This document shows, one piece after another, positions 40,239-50,222 of a DNA stretch of 64,000 nucleotides. The first letter of the stretch is position 1; each line of letters begins with the position of its first letter. The translations under genes and the position numbers were made by a program. Origin of the DNA: a virus; IMG/VR virus record IMGVR_UViG_3300035670_000125, one strand, 5' to 3'. The notes below the pieces were generated by a model. That model was not told the origin of the DNA and did not search any database. It saw only the letters and a program-made list of their open reading frames with translations.

Positions 40239-40670
40239 TCAATACTTCCAACGACGTACTTTATCGTCTCTAATATCAACATGTAAGAAATTATTGGCAG
40301 TGCCAATGGATTTGAACTCTAATTCTGCTACTTTTAGTAGTTCGCCAGGAGTCAATCTAGAAACAGATATATCAGCGGCGTGACCTAACTCGTGGGTGCT
40401 TTTTTTAGCAACAACCGTCGATGTTCCAGAGCTACGAATTTCTTCTTGTCTTTTTGTACAACGATACCCAGACGTTATCCTCATTGGGCTATTGACGTAT
40501 TCACGTATTCTAGTGAGTCGTTCTATTAAATCCACAGATATTCTTTGTTCAATGCAATCGGGATTCTTACATTGACAAGTAAACTCGGTGGTTTTAAACC
40601 AATTATTCATCCAAAGAGTTTCGCCCTTTGTCCAAATATAGTACCCATTTTCGATCTTTATATTATTCAT
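40239..40670 (-). CDS. endolysin, peptidase M15 (D-Ala-D-Ala carboxypeptidase/L-Ala-D-Glu peptidase-like)
   Basis: SGYRC...STHELGHAAD...LHVD zinc-ligand pattern (H-x6-D...H). The only leftward gene inside the late block. Confidence 0.8.
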   Translation of the reverse strand: MNNIKIENGYYIWTKGETLWMNNWFKTTEFTCQCKNPDCIEQRISVDLIERLTRIREYVNSPMRITSGYRCTKRQEEIRSSGTSTVVAKKSTHELGHAADISVSRLTPGELLKVAELEFKSIGTANNFLHVDIRDDKVRRWKY

Positions 40671-40674
40671 ATTA

Positions 40675-40686
40675 AAAGTTGTTATA
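40675..40686 (-). promoter_or_regulatory. late-gene motif copy in leftward orientation (ATAACAACTTTT)
   Basis: Minus strand reads ATATAACAACTTTTAAT-ATG, directly before the endolysin start. Forms an inverted pair with the copy at 40689. Confidence 0.45.
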
Positions 40687-40688
40687 TC

Positions 40689-40705
40689 TTAACAACTATA
40701 AATAG
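40689..40705 (+). promoter_or_regulatory. late-gene motif copy TTAACAACTATAAATAG
   Basis: Upstream of gene 40783-41082. Confidence 0.55.
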
Positions 40706-40782
40706 GATTAATCGAGACAAAACCACCAACCGCATTAAGGTAATTATATTAAGTGGGTACGTCAACAAAAATCCTAAGAAAG

Positions 40783-41082
40783 ATGACTATGAAAAAAACT
40801 AATGTTATCAAAAATATCGTTTTAGTACTATTTACATTATTTTTTGTGAAGCTACTATCAACTGGTGTTTCTTTTGAAGATTCATTTATTGTCGCTATTC
40901 TATCCACACTACTTGGTTATTTGGAATTTAGAAGCGAGAATGAGGATTTAAAAGAAATCCGTCACCAAGCAGTACAGTTGAATCATAGTCTAGAAACAAC
41001 AAAGAAAGAGTTAGAAGAACTTCGTTCTCATGTTTCAACGGTAAAGCTAGCCCAACAGGTTAAAACGGTGAGTAGGCTATAA
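40783..41082 (+). CDS. two-TM membrane protein with C-terminal coiled coil (holin candidate)
   Basis: Hydrophobic IVLVLFTLFFVKLL and FIVAILSTLLGYL, divergent from the endolysin. ATG 40783 or 40789 is preferred over the GTG at 40753. Confidence 0.5.
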   Translation: MTMKKTNVIKNIVLVLFTLFFVKLLSTGVSFEDSFIVAILSTLLGYLEFRSENEDLKEIRHQAVQLNHSLETTKKELEELRSHVSTVKLAQQVKTVSRL

Positions 41083-41507
41083 TGTCTGACCAAATGGACA
41101 AAATGCTAGAACAGTTTAAAGACATGGCATCCTTGCAAAAGTATGCTGATGCTCAGTATAAAACTATTCTATCTCTAACTAAGAAGGTTAAACTTCTCGA
41201 ACAAGAGAATATGAATCTTAAAGATATTCTCGAGAAATCAACGCCTTTATTAGATGAGGAAAAAAAGACATTCAATCTACCGGAAGTTGAAGCTTCTAGT
41301 GATGAAGAAATGATTGCTAAGGTTCAGTTGGCGAGATTAAATGAAATCTCGTTAGATAGAGAACTAACATTGGAAGAAGCAAAAAGAGTGGAAATTTTCA
41401 CCAAGATTTTAACCACTAAGGGTGCAAATAAGTCCATTACCGTTCAAATGCAAAAAATGAACAACGATGATCTTCTAAAAATGTTAGAAAATGAATCAAT
41501 CCAGTAG
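41082..41507 (+). CDS. putative small terminase subunit (position-based)
   Basis: 141-aa coiled-coil protein immediately upstream of, and overlapping, the large terminase gene. Confidence 0.4.
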   Translation: MSDQMDKMLEQFKDMASLQKYADAQYKTILSLTKKVKLLEQENMNLKDILEKSTPLLDEEKKTFNLPEVEASSDEEMIAKVQLARLNEISLDRELTLEEAKRVEIFTKILTTKGANKSITVQMQKMNNDDLLKMLENESIQ

Positions 41508-42954
41508 ATCAAAAATAAGTAAACGTGATGCAATTGTCGAGTTGTGGAGTCGCGGAGAACTGTCTTGGAAGTGCCACGCGGTACAAAAGGACATGCGCGA
41601 TGTCTTCTACAAGTCGGAAGATAATTCCACCCTTGTATGGCTTCTTGCGCGTCAATCGGGTAAGTCAGTTGAATTGGCTATACTCGCATTAGAACAATGT
41701 TTACGTAAACCAAATTCAATTGTAAAACTTCTGACGGACACCAAGCTACATGCTCAAAGCATTTTTGATCCTATTTTTAGGATGCTCCTTGAAGATTGTC
41801 CAGAGCATTTAAAACCAACTTATATTGAGAGTAAATTTACTTATCACTTTTCCAACGGTAGCTCAATTCAGCTCGCTGGTAGTGATAATAAACACTATGA
41901 ACGTCTTAGGGGTCAAAAATCCGATCTTGTTCTAGTGGATGAAGCTGGGTTCTGTGATAACTTAAATCATATTGTCAAGTCCATCTTACTTCCAACATTA
42001 ACACACACTGGTGGAAAAATTGTTCTTGCCTCTACACCCCCAACCGATCCAGATCACGATTTTTATGGCTTTATTGAACAGGCAGAACTTAACAATACGT
42101 TAACAAAAAAAACAATATACGACAATCCACTTTTAGAAGACACCCAAGTTCAAAGAATAATAAAAGAAATGGGCGGAGTCAATTCCCCTCAGTTCAGACG
42201 AGAATATCTTTGTGAAGTTATACGTGAAGAAGAGAACGTTTTATTCCCAGAATTCACAGAAGATTTAGAAAAAGAAATCGTTAAAGAATGGCCTAAACCA
42301 CCATTTTACGACACATATGTTTCAATGGACTTAGGCTACAAAGATCTAACAGTTTTGTTGTTTGGTTATTATGATTTCAGAGCCGATAAGGTTATTGTAG
42401 AAGATGAAATTGTTTTATCTGGAAAAGAAATACAACTACCAGATTTAACCAGTAGGATTTTAAAAAAAGAAGCGGAACTGTGGACAGATCCATTAAGCGG
42501 GGAAGTGAAGCCCACATATCTACGCGTCAGTGATATTAATTATATTGTTACACAAGAAATTTCTCGCATTTCAAATGGTAATGTTTACTTTTTACCCACC
42601 AAAAAAGACGACAATGAATCAGCTTTGAACAACCTACGTGTGATGATTGCGTCAAAAAAACTTATCATAAATCCTAAATGTAAAACATTGATAAGACACA
42701 TAAGAAATTGTAAGTGGAAAAGCTCTGATAAAAAATCAACCTTTGCTAGATCTCCAGATAACGGACATTATGATGCAGTGGATGCAGCAAAATACCTAGT
42801 AAGAGCAATTGCTTACACAAAAAATCCCTATCCTGCTCATTATAATATATCATTAAGAGATGCTTTTGGTACCCCTGTGGTCAACATTAATTCTAGTTAT
42901 CAATATCAAAACGATATTTATAAAACCATTTTTAATGTAAAAAAAAGAAAATAA
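41491..42954 (+). CDS. terminase large subunit
   Basis: Walker A-like ARQSGKS, Walker B LVLVDEAGF, a C-terminal nuclease-like region (D...DAVDA), and position upstream of the portal gene. Confidence 0.8.
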   Translation: MNQSSRSKISKRDAIVELWSRGELSWKCHAVQKDMRDVFYKSEDNSTLVWLLARQSGKSVELAILALEQCLRKPNSIVKLLTDTKLHAQSIFDPIFRMLLEDCPEHLKPTYIESKFTYHFSNGSSIQLAGSDNKHYERLRGQKSDLVLVDEAGFCDNLNHIVKSILLPTLTHTGGKIVLASTPPTDPDHDFYGFIEQAELNNTLTKKTIYDNPLLEDTQVQRIIKEMGGVNSPQFRREYLCEVIREEENVLFPEFTEDLEKEIVKEWPKPPFYDTYVSMDLGYKDLTVLLFGYYDFRADKVIVEDEIVLSGKEIQLPDLTSRILKKEAELWTDPLSGEVKPTYLRVSDINYIVTQEISRISNGNVYFLPTKKDDNESALNNLRVMIASKKLIINPKCKTLIRHIRNCKWKSSDKKSTFARSPDNGHYDAVDAAKYLVRAIAYTKNPYPAHYNISLRDAFGTPVVNINSSYQYQNDIYKTIFNVKKRK

Positions 42955-42970
42955 CAACTATTACAGAAAC
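42951..42970 (+). promoter_or_regulatory. late-gene motif copy ATAACAACTATTACAGAAAC
   Basis: Overlaps the terminase stop codon, 15 nt before the portal ATG. Confidence 0.55.
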
Positions 42971-42985
42971 TAGGGGACTACACAC

Positions 42986-45052
42986 ATGGAAAATTTAAAT
43001 ACGGTCATCGATAATCAGCAAAATACAGAGCAATACTTTGCTTCTAAAAAGGCAGAAGATTGTGCTAGCATACTTTTAGCAAAAGGTGATAGTTTTTTTA
43101 ATGTTCTTAGGGCAAATGCCTACTTAGACAAAATGATGAGGATGTGGAGAGCCTATCATGGTGCGTGGTCTAATGATCTAGGGTACGGACACTCCATCCA
43201 ATTCACGGGCGAACAGGGTGAATTGGTACAATTAAATGTAAACCATTTTAGAAATATAGCCCAGCATATGTACACCATGATTACTGCTAACAGACCTATC
43301 ATGGAAGCTCGCGCTGTGAACACGGACTATAAATCTTTAGCCCAAACATATGTAGCTAATGGTGTTCTCGACTATTATATGAGAGAAAAACACCTAGAAG
43401 ATGCCCTTAAAAAAGCAGCGGAAATAGCTATTGTTCTCGGTGCGGGATTTGTCAAGCTAGAGTGGAATGCAACTGCTGGGGAAGCCTATGACGTTGATCC
43501 TGAAACCGGTGAATTTGCTTATGAGGGTGAGCTTGAATTTTCAAATTTATCACCATTTGATATTGTTGTTGACGGAACAAAAGAAACTTGGAATAACGAA
43601 TGGATTTTAGTTCGTTCTTTTCAAAATAGATTCAATTTGATGGCTAAGTACCCCGAATTAGCATACAAACTACAAGGTGTTAAAAGTAAAAACAGTAGCA
43701 ATAATTATAGACTAGCTGTTTTTAGCAATGATGATACCGATGATATTCCAGTCTATGAGTTCTATCACAAAAGAACTGAAGCTATGCCCGATGGTAGATA
43801 TATGCTGTTCGTTGATTCGGACATAGTTCTACTAGACACAAAAATGCCTTACCGCATTTTACCTGTTTTTAGGATAGTTCCTGGTGAAATTTTGGGAACC
43901 CCTTATGGTTACACGTCAATGTTTGACGTTTTTCCTATTCAAGAAGGAATAAATTCATTATATAGCACAATATTAACCAACCAAAATGCATTTGGTGTTC
44001 AAAATTTATGGGTTCCAAGAGGAGCAGATGTATCGATTAACAGCCTAGCCGGTGGGATGAACATCATTGAAGGGAACGCCAAACCCGAACCCCTACAATT
44101 AACCCAAACACCAGCTGAAATTTTTAATTTCCTACAGATATTGGTACAGTCTGCGGAAACGATTTCTGGAGTTAATAGCGTAACTAGAGGGAATCCTGAA
44201 GCTTCGCTTAAATCCGGGACGGCTTTGGCGCTAGTCCAATCGATGTCACTTCAATACATTTCTGGTTTACAACAAAGCTACATAAAAATGATTGAAGATG
44301 TTGGAACTGCAATAATTCAAATATTAAAAGATTTTTCAGTAACACCTAAAGTCATTGCTCTAGTGGGAAAAAATAACCGCCCACTACTAAAGGAGTTTAC
44401 TGGAGAGCAAATTTCGGCAATCAATCGGGTCGTGGTTGATGTTGGGAACCCTCTGTCTCGTACTATCGCTGGTCGAGTTCAGATGGCAGAACAAATGTTA
44501 CAAATGAATTTAATTAAGTCACCTGAGCAATATTTTCAAGTTATTAATACTGGAAAAATTGAAACAATGTTTGAAGGTGAGATGAATGAAATGCTTCTAA
44601 TTAAGTCTGAAAATGAACAAATGTTAGAAGGGAAAGAGGTCATTGTTTCACCTTTAGATAAACACCGACTCCATATTAACGAACATAAAGCAGTTCTTTC
44701 TGATCCAGATCTTAGAAGAGACCCTGAATTAGTTAGAACCGTTTTAGATCACATCGAAAAGCATTTAAATTCATTAAGAGAAACAGATCCGGCTCTATTA
44801 CAACTAGTTGGGGAACAACCACTACCCCCATTAGGTATGCAACAAGGACCATTACCAGGTCAAGAGATGCCATCTAATGAATCAATTCAAGGATCTCCTA
44901 TGGAAGAAATGATGAGAGCGCAAGGTGGAAATGTTGCTAGTGGTGAAACTTTAAACTTCCAAGGTCAGTCGGTACAAGTACCTAACATACCAAAACCACC
45001 AGCTCCTTTTGAAAATATGCCAGTTATGGCTGGTGATGTCTTACCCCAATAG
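42986..45052 (+). CDS. portal protein
   Basis: 688-aa ORF directly after the large terminase gene, with a Gln/Pro-rich C-terminal tail. Call is based on size and position. Confidence 0.7.
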   Translation: MENLNTVIDNQQNTEQYFASKKAEDCASILLAKGDSFFNVLRANAYLDKMMRMWRAYHGAWSNDLGYGHSIQFTGEQGELVQLNVNHFRNIAQHMYTMITANRPIMEARAVNTDYKSLAQTYVANGVLDYYMREKHLEDALKKAAEIAIVLGAGFVKLEWNATAGEAYDVDPETGEFAYEGELEFSNLSPFDIVVDGTKETWNNEWILVRSFQNRFNLMAKYPELAYKLQGVKSKNSSNNYRLAVFSNDDTDDIPVYEFYHKRTEAMPDGRYMLFVDSDIVLLDTKMPYRILPVFRIVPGEILGTPYGYTSMFDVFPIQEGINSLYSTILTNQNAFGVQNLWVPRGADVSINSLAGGMNIIEGNAKPEPLQLTQTPAEIFNFLQILVQSAETISGVNSVTRGNPEASLKSGTALALVQSMSLQYISGLQQSYIKMIEDVGTAIIQILKDFSVTPKVIALVGKNNRPLLKEFTGEQISAINRVVVDVGNPLSRTIAGRVQMAEQMLQMNLIKSPEQYFQVINTGKIETMFEGEMNEMLLIKSENEQMLEGKEVIVSPLDKHRLHINEHKAVLSDPDLRRDPELVRTVLDHIEKHLNSLRETDPALLQLVGEQPLPPLGMQQGPLPGQEMPSNESIQGSPMEEMMRAQGGNVASGETLNFQGQSVQVPNIPKPPAPFENMPVMAGDVLPQ

Positions 45053-45062
45053 GAGATGAGTT

Positions 45063-45440
45063 ATGACTAAACCATCAGCATCAAAATTAGACGCTTCTCA
45101 AGTTCTTAGACATGCATTTGATGATGAAAGTAGATCTCTACGCGTAAATACAGAGGCTACTGTCGTTGCTGGGAGTTTTGAGGTTTCAGTTGATCACCAA
45201 ACTGATTCAGTTAAAATCGGCGACGGAATAAACACGGTTGATGTTGCCAGTGACAACTCTTTAAAGGTTAGTTCAGGAATTGTAAAAGAAAAGTTTGATT
45301 ATTTTAGCGGACAACACACAGCAACATCATCAACGTACACCTATAGAAATGGCGGACCGTCGGGATCAATTGTTGCTATTGTCACCATTAATTACGTCGA
45401 TGATCAGAAAAAAGAAATACAATCCTTAGTGGTTTCATAA
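45063..45440 (+). CDS. hypothetical structural-module protein
   Basis: 125-aa beta-rich ORF. Confidence 0.55.
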   Translation: MTKPSASKLDASQVLRHAFDDESRSLRVNTEATVVAGSFEVSVDHQTDSVKIGDGINTVDVASDNSLKVSSGIVKEKFDYFSGQHTATSSTYTYRNGGPSGSIVAIVTINYVDDQKKEIQSLVVS

Positions 45441-45646
45441 TGTTTATATTGGCCTACGAACCCCTAACAACGGAAATTATTTTTAAGGACGTGGCCGATC
45501 CTGTTATTGTTGCCACCTTTACAGAGTTCTATGTTACAAAAGATCTAACTTTAACACAAGGAACTGTCGTTGTTTTAGGATTTATAGAAGTTGATCCTGG
45601 TGTTGTTTTAACTATTGATGGTCAATCTGTTTTGGAGATTAAGTAA
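45440..45646 (+). CDS. hypothetical protein
   Basis: 68-aa ORF with an ATGA-type junction. Confidence 0.5.
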   Translation: MFILAYEPLTTEIIFKDVADPVIVATFTEFYVTKDLTLTQGTVVVLGFIEVDPGVVLTIDGQSVLEIK

Positions 45647-46089
45647 TGAGTACTTTGGTTTTATATGAAAACACAAATGAAGCCGAAACGCCCGAATTAG
45701 GTAAAATTGCAATTTATGCTAAACAGGATGGCTATGTTTATGCTAAAGACGACACTGGTAGAGAAGTTTTATTATCCAACAGCGACACTGCTCTATTGGA
45801 TCACTTAACTGAAGCTGATCCTCATCCTCAATATCTAAAAGAATCAACGTCTAGAAAAATTGAGTATATTATTGTAACAGCAGAACAGATACAAAATAAA
45901 AAAATTATTCTTGACAACACCCCAATTAATCCCCAATCTTTACAAGCCGACTTAAAAAACGGCGGTGGTCCTCTTTTCTTTGGAGAAGATTTTATTGTCG
46001 AAGGAAATGAGTTTCTATGGGATGGTCTAGAATTAGATTTTATCATAGAAATAGACGATAAAATTCGAATTGTCTACGATCACCAGTAA
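45646..46089 (+). CDS. hypothetical structural-module protein
   Basis: 147-aa ORF with a TAATG junction. Confidence 0.55.
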   Translation: MSTLVLYENTNEAETPELGKIAIYAKQDGYVYAKDDTGREVLLSNSDTALLDHLTEADPHPQYLKESTSRKIEYIIVTAEQIQNKKIILDNTPINPQSLQADLKNGGGPLFFGEDFIVEGNEFLWDGLELDFIIEIDDKIRIVYDHQ

Positions 46090-46099
46090 CAACTAATAA
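46086..46099 (+). promoter_or_regulatory. late-gene motif variant GTAACAACTAATAA
   Basis: Overlaps the stop of gene 45646-46089, about 85 nt upstream of the fibre gene. Confidence 0.4.
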
Positions 46100-46182
46100 C
46101 AACAATATGTACTTTCCTTGGGTAGAAACAGTTTCTATTCAGGGATTTGTGCGTTCTAAAACTCATAAAAGGAGATTAAATT

Positions 46183-49100
46183 ATGAGTATTCAAATCAAA
46201 AAGAAGTTTATTAAGTCCCAGGTTATTGACGGGACCAAAGTACTCTTTCTAAACGAAGATTCGTTTAAAGCATTAAATTCCCAAGGGGAAGCAACTGAAC
46301 TTTTCAAACTATCAAGCGGCGATAAGCTCGTCATGCTTCAAATGCCACAGGTTTCATCTGACCCTGTTGCTGATGAAGATCTTGCACGTAAAAAATATGT
46401 GGATGATTCACTTGAAGTTGAAATGCTCGCAAGAGAAGCAGGTGATGAAGCTCTTTCTGAAGATTTAGCTACTGAAACTGCTGCACGTATCGCTGCTGTT
46501 TCTGCCGAAGAAGCCGCACGTATCGCTGCTGTTTCTGCAGAAGAATCACGTGCTATGGGTGTTGAAGCAGGACTTCAATCCCAAATCACTCAAGAAATTT
46601 CTGATCGCCAAGCCGCTGTTTCTGCTGAAGAAGCTCGTGCAATGGCAGCCGAAGCAGCTGAAGCAGCTGCTCGTGAAGCTGAAGATCTTACTTTCCTTAA
46701 GCTCGACGGAAGTCGTTCTATGGAAGCCGATCTTTCTATGGGGAGTGCCGGTGGCAGCAACCCAGTGATCTGGAGTGTGGAGTACACCAACGGTGATTTA
46801 TTCTTTGGTTTTATTTCACCAGTAGCTAGCCCTGGCGCTGAAATTAGACGGGTTGCCACAGGGGTTCAACCTGAAATGGGCAATTCTTTCTTCCTAACTT
46901 CCGTTACCGAAGGTGAAGAATCCGTCACTATATCTGGTGTTAACTTTCCAGTAGAGAGCGATGTTTATTATGTCCCAGTCAGCATGGCTGGGGGGGCACC
47001 TGAACCTGATTTTACTAATGCAGTTCTATTGGGAACCGCAGCTGCTAGTCCGACCGAACAATTCACCGTTGCTGAAACTGGTGGACCTTCGGTATCTTAC
47101 AAAATCACCAATCTCGCTGATGGCGTAGACTCAGGTGATGCTGTTAATAAGGGTCAAATGGATGCTGCTGTCGCAGCCCTTGAAGCTGAAGACCTTACCT
47201 TCTTAAAGCTAGATGGCTCTAGAGGGATGACCGGAAATCTCAACATGACTGTTTATGGAGCAGGTCCAGTTGAGAATAGCACTATTAGTGGATTTGATGT
47301 CACATTATCAATTAGATCCGATTTACAAGGAGCAGACTACTCTAAAAACTTAGTAATCGTTCCAATTGGAAGTTCTCTTACTGGTAATGAGTCACCAGCA
47401 GCTTCAATGGTGAGTGGTTCTTACAGTTTCAATATCGAAGGATTTTCAGAAGAAACCATGTATGACGCATACACGGTGGATGCTCCAATGTTCATGGGCA
47501 TTCCATTCGATGTAAATACCGCTGTAAAACTTGGTGTATTAAGAAAAGAACCACCAGCATTCTTTGCTGAAAATGGTCCTGCTCTTTCATCTCAAATCAT
47601 TGGTCTTGCTGACGGTGTTGAGCCATCTGATGCGGTTAATAAGTCACAGCTTGACGCTGTTGCTGCTGCTCTTGGTGATGATATTCAAGCTGCACTTGCT
47701 GCTGAAACTGCCGCTCGCGAAGCTGCTGACGCATCGCTTCAATCTGAAGTTGATGCAGTTGAATCTGCATTAGCTCAAGAAATTATCGACAGAACTGCCG
47801 ATGTTGATGCAGAAGAAGCTCGTGCTTTAGCTGCTGAGTCTGATCTTCAAGATGCAATTGACGCTGAAGAAGCTCGTGCAATTGCTGCTGAAACAACTCT
47901 TCAGTCTAATATCGATGTAGAAAAGGGTCGTATTGATGCGATTCTTCTCGCTTCTGATGCAGACAAAGACAGCTTCGCTGAAATTGTTGCATTAATTAAC
48001 TCAGTTGATACTGAAAATGACACAGCATTTGCGTCTTATGTTCTTTCAAATGACGCGGCGCTTGCAGCTGAAGTTGCAGCTCGCACAGCTGCTGATAGTT
48101 CATTATCACAAGATATCAGCGATGAAGAAGCTCGTGCTCTAGCAGCCGAAGGCTTACTACAAGACAACATTGATGCTGAAGAAGCTGCACGTATTGCTGC
48201 GGTTTCTGCGGAACAATCTGCTCGTGAAGCTGCTGATGCACAACTAACTTCTGACTTAGCTGCAGAAGTAGCACGTGCGACTGCTGCTGAAGGAGTATTA
48301 CAAGATAACATTGATGCTGAAGAAGCTGCTAGAATTGCTGCTGTTTCTGCTGAAGAAACAGCTCGTATTGCTGGTGATGATGCTCTTAGTGATAGACTTG
48401 ATGTTTTAGAAGCTGACGCTGTAACAAAGGCTTATGTTGATGCTGCAGATGCTGCTCTTCAATCTGAAATTGATGCAGTTGAAGCTGCTTTAGCACAAGA
48501 AGTTCTAGATCGTACTGCTGATGTTGACGCTGAAGAATCTCGTGCAATGGCCGCTGAAGCGACCCTCCAGTCGAATATTACAGCAGAAGAAACTGCTCGT
48601 ATTGCTGGTGATGCCACTCTTCAATCTAATATTGATGCGGAAGAGGCTCGTGCTCTAGCTGCTGAAGGTGTTCTCGCTTCTGACATTGCTGCAGAAGAAA
48701 CTCGAGCACTTGCAGCTGAAGCGACCCTTCAGTCAAACATCGATGCCGAAGAAACCCGAGCACTTGCTGCTGAGGGAGTTCTTCAGTCTAATATTGATGC
48801 AGAAGAAGCTCGTGCTCTAGCAGCCGAAGGCGTCTTACAATCAAATATTGATGTCGAAAAAGGACGTATCGATGCAATTCTTCTTGCTGCTGATGCAGAT
48901 AAAGATAGCTTTGCTGAAATCGTTGCCTTGATCAACAGTGTTGACACTGAAAATGACAGCGCATTTGCTGCTTATGTTCTTTCGAACGATGCTGCACTTG
49001 CTGCTGAAACTGCTGCTCGTGAAGCTGCGGACTCTGCAATCGACACAAGACTTGATGCTCTTGAAGCAAATAACTATGTTTTTGCTAAAGAATCATTCAC

Positions 49101-49326
49101 ACTCACTTCTGGTGATCTTGTTTATATCGATCTTGGCTATGAAGTTGAAGCTAACAGTATTTGTGCTTTCGTTGATCGTCTTGGTCTTCATCTTTATGAA
49201 GACTTCACTGTTTCTGTCGTTGGTGGCGTAACTCGCTTAACTTGGGCAGGATCCGTGATGACTGGTGGCGACGAAGAACTAGCTGTCGGTGATAAGATTA
49301 AAGTTACTTACGCTCGCCGTGTGTAA
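46183..49326 (+). CDS. long coiled-coil tail fibre protein
   Basis: 1047 aa. Ala/Glu-rich repeats (AEEARALAAE.xLQSNIDAEE). 'NKGQMDAAV/NKSQLDAV' and 'DLTFLKLDGSR' occur twice. A duplicated roughly 55-aa module GRIDAILLA.DADKDSFAEIVALINSVDTEND is present. Confidence 0.8.
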   Translation: MSIQIKKKFIKSQVIDGTKVLFLNEDSFKALNSQGEATELFKLSSGDKLVMLQMPQVSSDPVADEDLARKKYVDDSLEVEMLAREAGDEALSEDLATETAARIAAVSAEEAARIAAVSAEESRAMGVEAGLQSQITQEISDRQAAVSAEEARAMAAEAAEAAAREAEDLTFLKLDGSRSMEADLSMGSAGGSNPVIWSVEYTNGDLFFGFISPVASPGAEIRRVATGVQPEMGNSFFLTSVTEGEESVTISGVNFPVESDVYYVPVSMAGGAPEPDFTNAVLLGTAAASPTEQFTVAETGGPSVSYKITNLADGVDSGDAVNKGQMDAAVAALEAEDLTFLKLDGSRGMTGNLNMTVYGAGPVENSTISGFDVTLSIRSDLQGADYSKNLVIVPIGSSLTGNESPAASMVSGSYSFNIEGFSEETMYDAYTVDAPMFMGIPFDVNTAVKLGVLRKEPPAFFAENGPALSSQIIGLADGVEPSDAVNKSQLDAVAAALGDDIQAALAAETAAREAADASLQSEVDAVESALAQEIIDRTADVDAEEARALAAESDLQDAIDAEEARAIAAETTLQSNIDVEKGRIDAILLASDADKDSFAEIVALINSVDTENDTAFASYVLSNDAALAAEVAARTAADSSLSQDISDEEARALAAEGLLQDNIDAEEAARIAAVSAEQSAREAADAQLTSDLAAEVARATAAEGVLQDNIDAEEAARIAAVSAEETARIAGDDALSDRLDVLEADAVTKAYVDAADAALQSEIDAVEAALAQEVLDRTADVDAEESRAMAAEATLQSNITAEETARIAGDATLQSNIDAEEARALAAEGVLASDIAAEETRALAAEATLQSNIDAEETRALAAEGVLQSNIDAEEARALAAEGVLQSNIDVEKGRIDAILLAADADKDSFAEIVALINSVDTENDSAFAAYVLSNDAALAAETAAREAADSAIDTRLDALEANNYVFAKESFTLTSGDLVYIDLGYEVEANSICAFVDRLGLHLYEDFTVSVVGGVTRLTWAGSVMTGGDEELAVGDKIKVTYARRV

Positions 49327-49347
49327 TTTTTAACTTATAATAAATTT

Positions 49348-49383
49348 GGGGTGGGTTGTTTATTGCAACCCGCCCCTTTTTTT
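49348..49383 (+). terminator. intrinsic terminator
   Basis: GGGGTGGGTTG-loop-CAACCCGCCCC followed by TTTTTTT. Confidence 0.8.
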
Positions 49384-49396
49384 AAAGGAGTAATTT

Positions 49397-50131
49397 ATGT
49401 TAACTTTTAAACAAAAATTAGCTAATAGATTGGGTATTAATCTTTATTTAGGGGAATGGGACGCTTCATCTAACTCTCCGTCAATTTCTTCTGGTGTTGG
49501 TCAAACTAATGGTTATTATGTTGTCTCGACTGCCGGTAGTTCTTTAATCGACGGTGAATCTTCCTGGGGTGTCGGTGATTGGATTTATTTCAATGGAACT
49601 GAATGGAAAAAAATAGATAATTCTGAATTAGTAGAAGTGGTGGACTCTATGTCTGGCACTGAAACTGACAAGGCACCTTCAGTTTCATCAGTTAAAACAT
49701 ATCTCACTAGTAATTTTCCCACCGTTGCTTGTAGTGTTTATCCCTCGTCAAGTCAAACAATTAATAGTAGTGCAGTAACTAAAGTTTTATTTGATACACT
49801 GAATTTTGGTGATACTCATAATGCTTTTAATTTTACAACTGATAGATACGTCGCGCCAGTTAGTGGGTGGTATTCAATAAATGCCACAGTAGCATTTCCA
49901 GTAAATTCAAATGGTTCAAGAGTTGTTGGCTATCGAATTAATGCCTCTTTTGTTAGATGGATGAGTGGAACTCAATCTCCAACGGGAGATTTTGGTCGAA
50001 TTGGTGGTAGTGCTTTGGTTTATTTAAATACAAATGACTATGTTGAATTGTTTACTTATCAAAATTCTGGGGTATCGCTAGCAATTTTTACTGGTCCAGA
50101 TAATACCACATTTTCAATTCATAAAATTTAA
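49397..50131 (+). CDS. tail fibre/receptor-binding paralogue 1 (C1q/TNF-like C-terminal pattern)
   Basis: Shares a roughly 75-aa N-terminal module with 50223 and 52252 (LGEWDASSNSP...GYYVVS..G....DGES.W..GDWIYFNG.EWKKIDN). The C-terminus VLFDTLNFGDTHNAFNFTTDRYVAPVSGWYSINATVAF resembles a C1q-type jelly roll. Confidence 0.65.
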   Translation: MLTFKQKLANRLGINLYLGEWDASSNSPSISSGVGQTNGYYVVSTAGSSLIDGESSWGVGDWIYFNGTEWKKIDNSELVEVVDSMSGTETDKAPSVSSVKTYLTSNFPTVACSVYPSSSQTINSSAVTKVLFDTLNFGDTHNAFNFTTDRYVAPVSGWYSINATVAFPVNSNGSRVVGYRINASFVRWMSGTQSPTGDFGRIGGSALVYLNTNDYVELFTYQNSGVSLAIFTGPDNTTFSIHKI

Positions 50132-50156
50132 TTATATTGATTATACGGTATAAATT

Positions 50157-50191
50157 AGGGATAATGGGATGTTACCATTATCCCTTTTTTT
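50157..50191 (+). terminator. intrinsic terminator
   Basis: AGGGATAATGG-loop-CCATTATCCCT followed by TTTTTTT. Confidence 0.8.
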
Positions 50192-50196
50192 ATTCA

Positions 50197-50210
50197 TTAA
50201 CAACTGTTAT
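50197..50210 (+). promoter_or_regulatory. late-gene motif copy TTAACAACTGTTAT
   Basis: Sits between the terminator and the RBS of gene 50223. Confidence 0.5.
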
Positions 50211-50222
50211 CAGAGGTAAAAT

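Noticed and set aside
46550-48311. ORFs 46550-46768 (+), 46590-46859 (-), 47564-47773 (+) and 48036-48311 (-); also 48938-49231 (+) inside the fibre gene.
   Set aside because: They are by-products of the Ala/Glu-rich repeat composition of the 1047-aa fibre gene.
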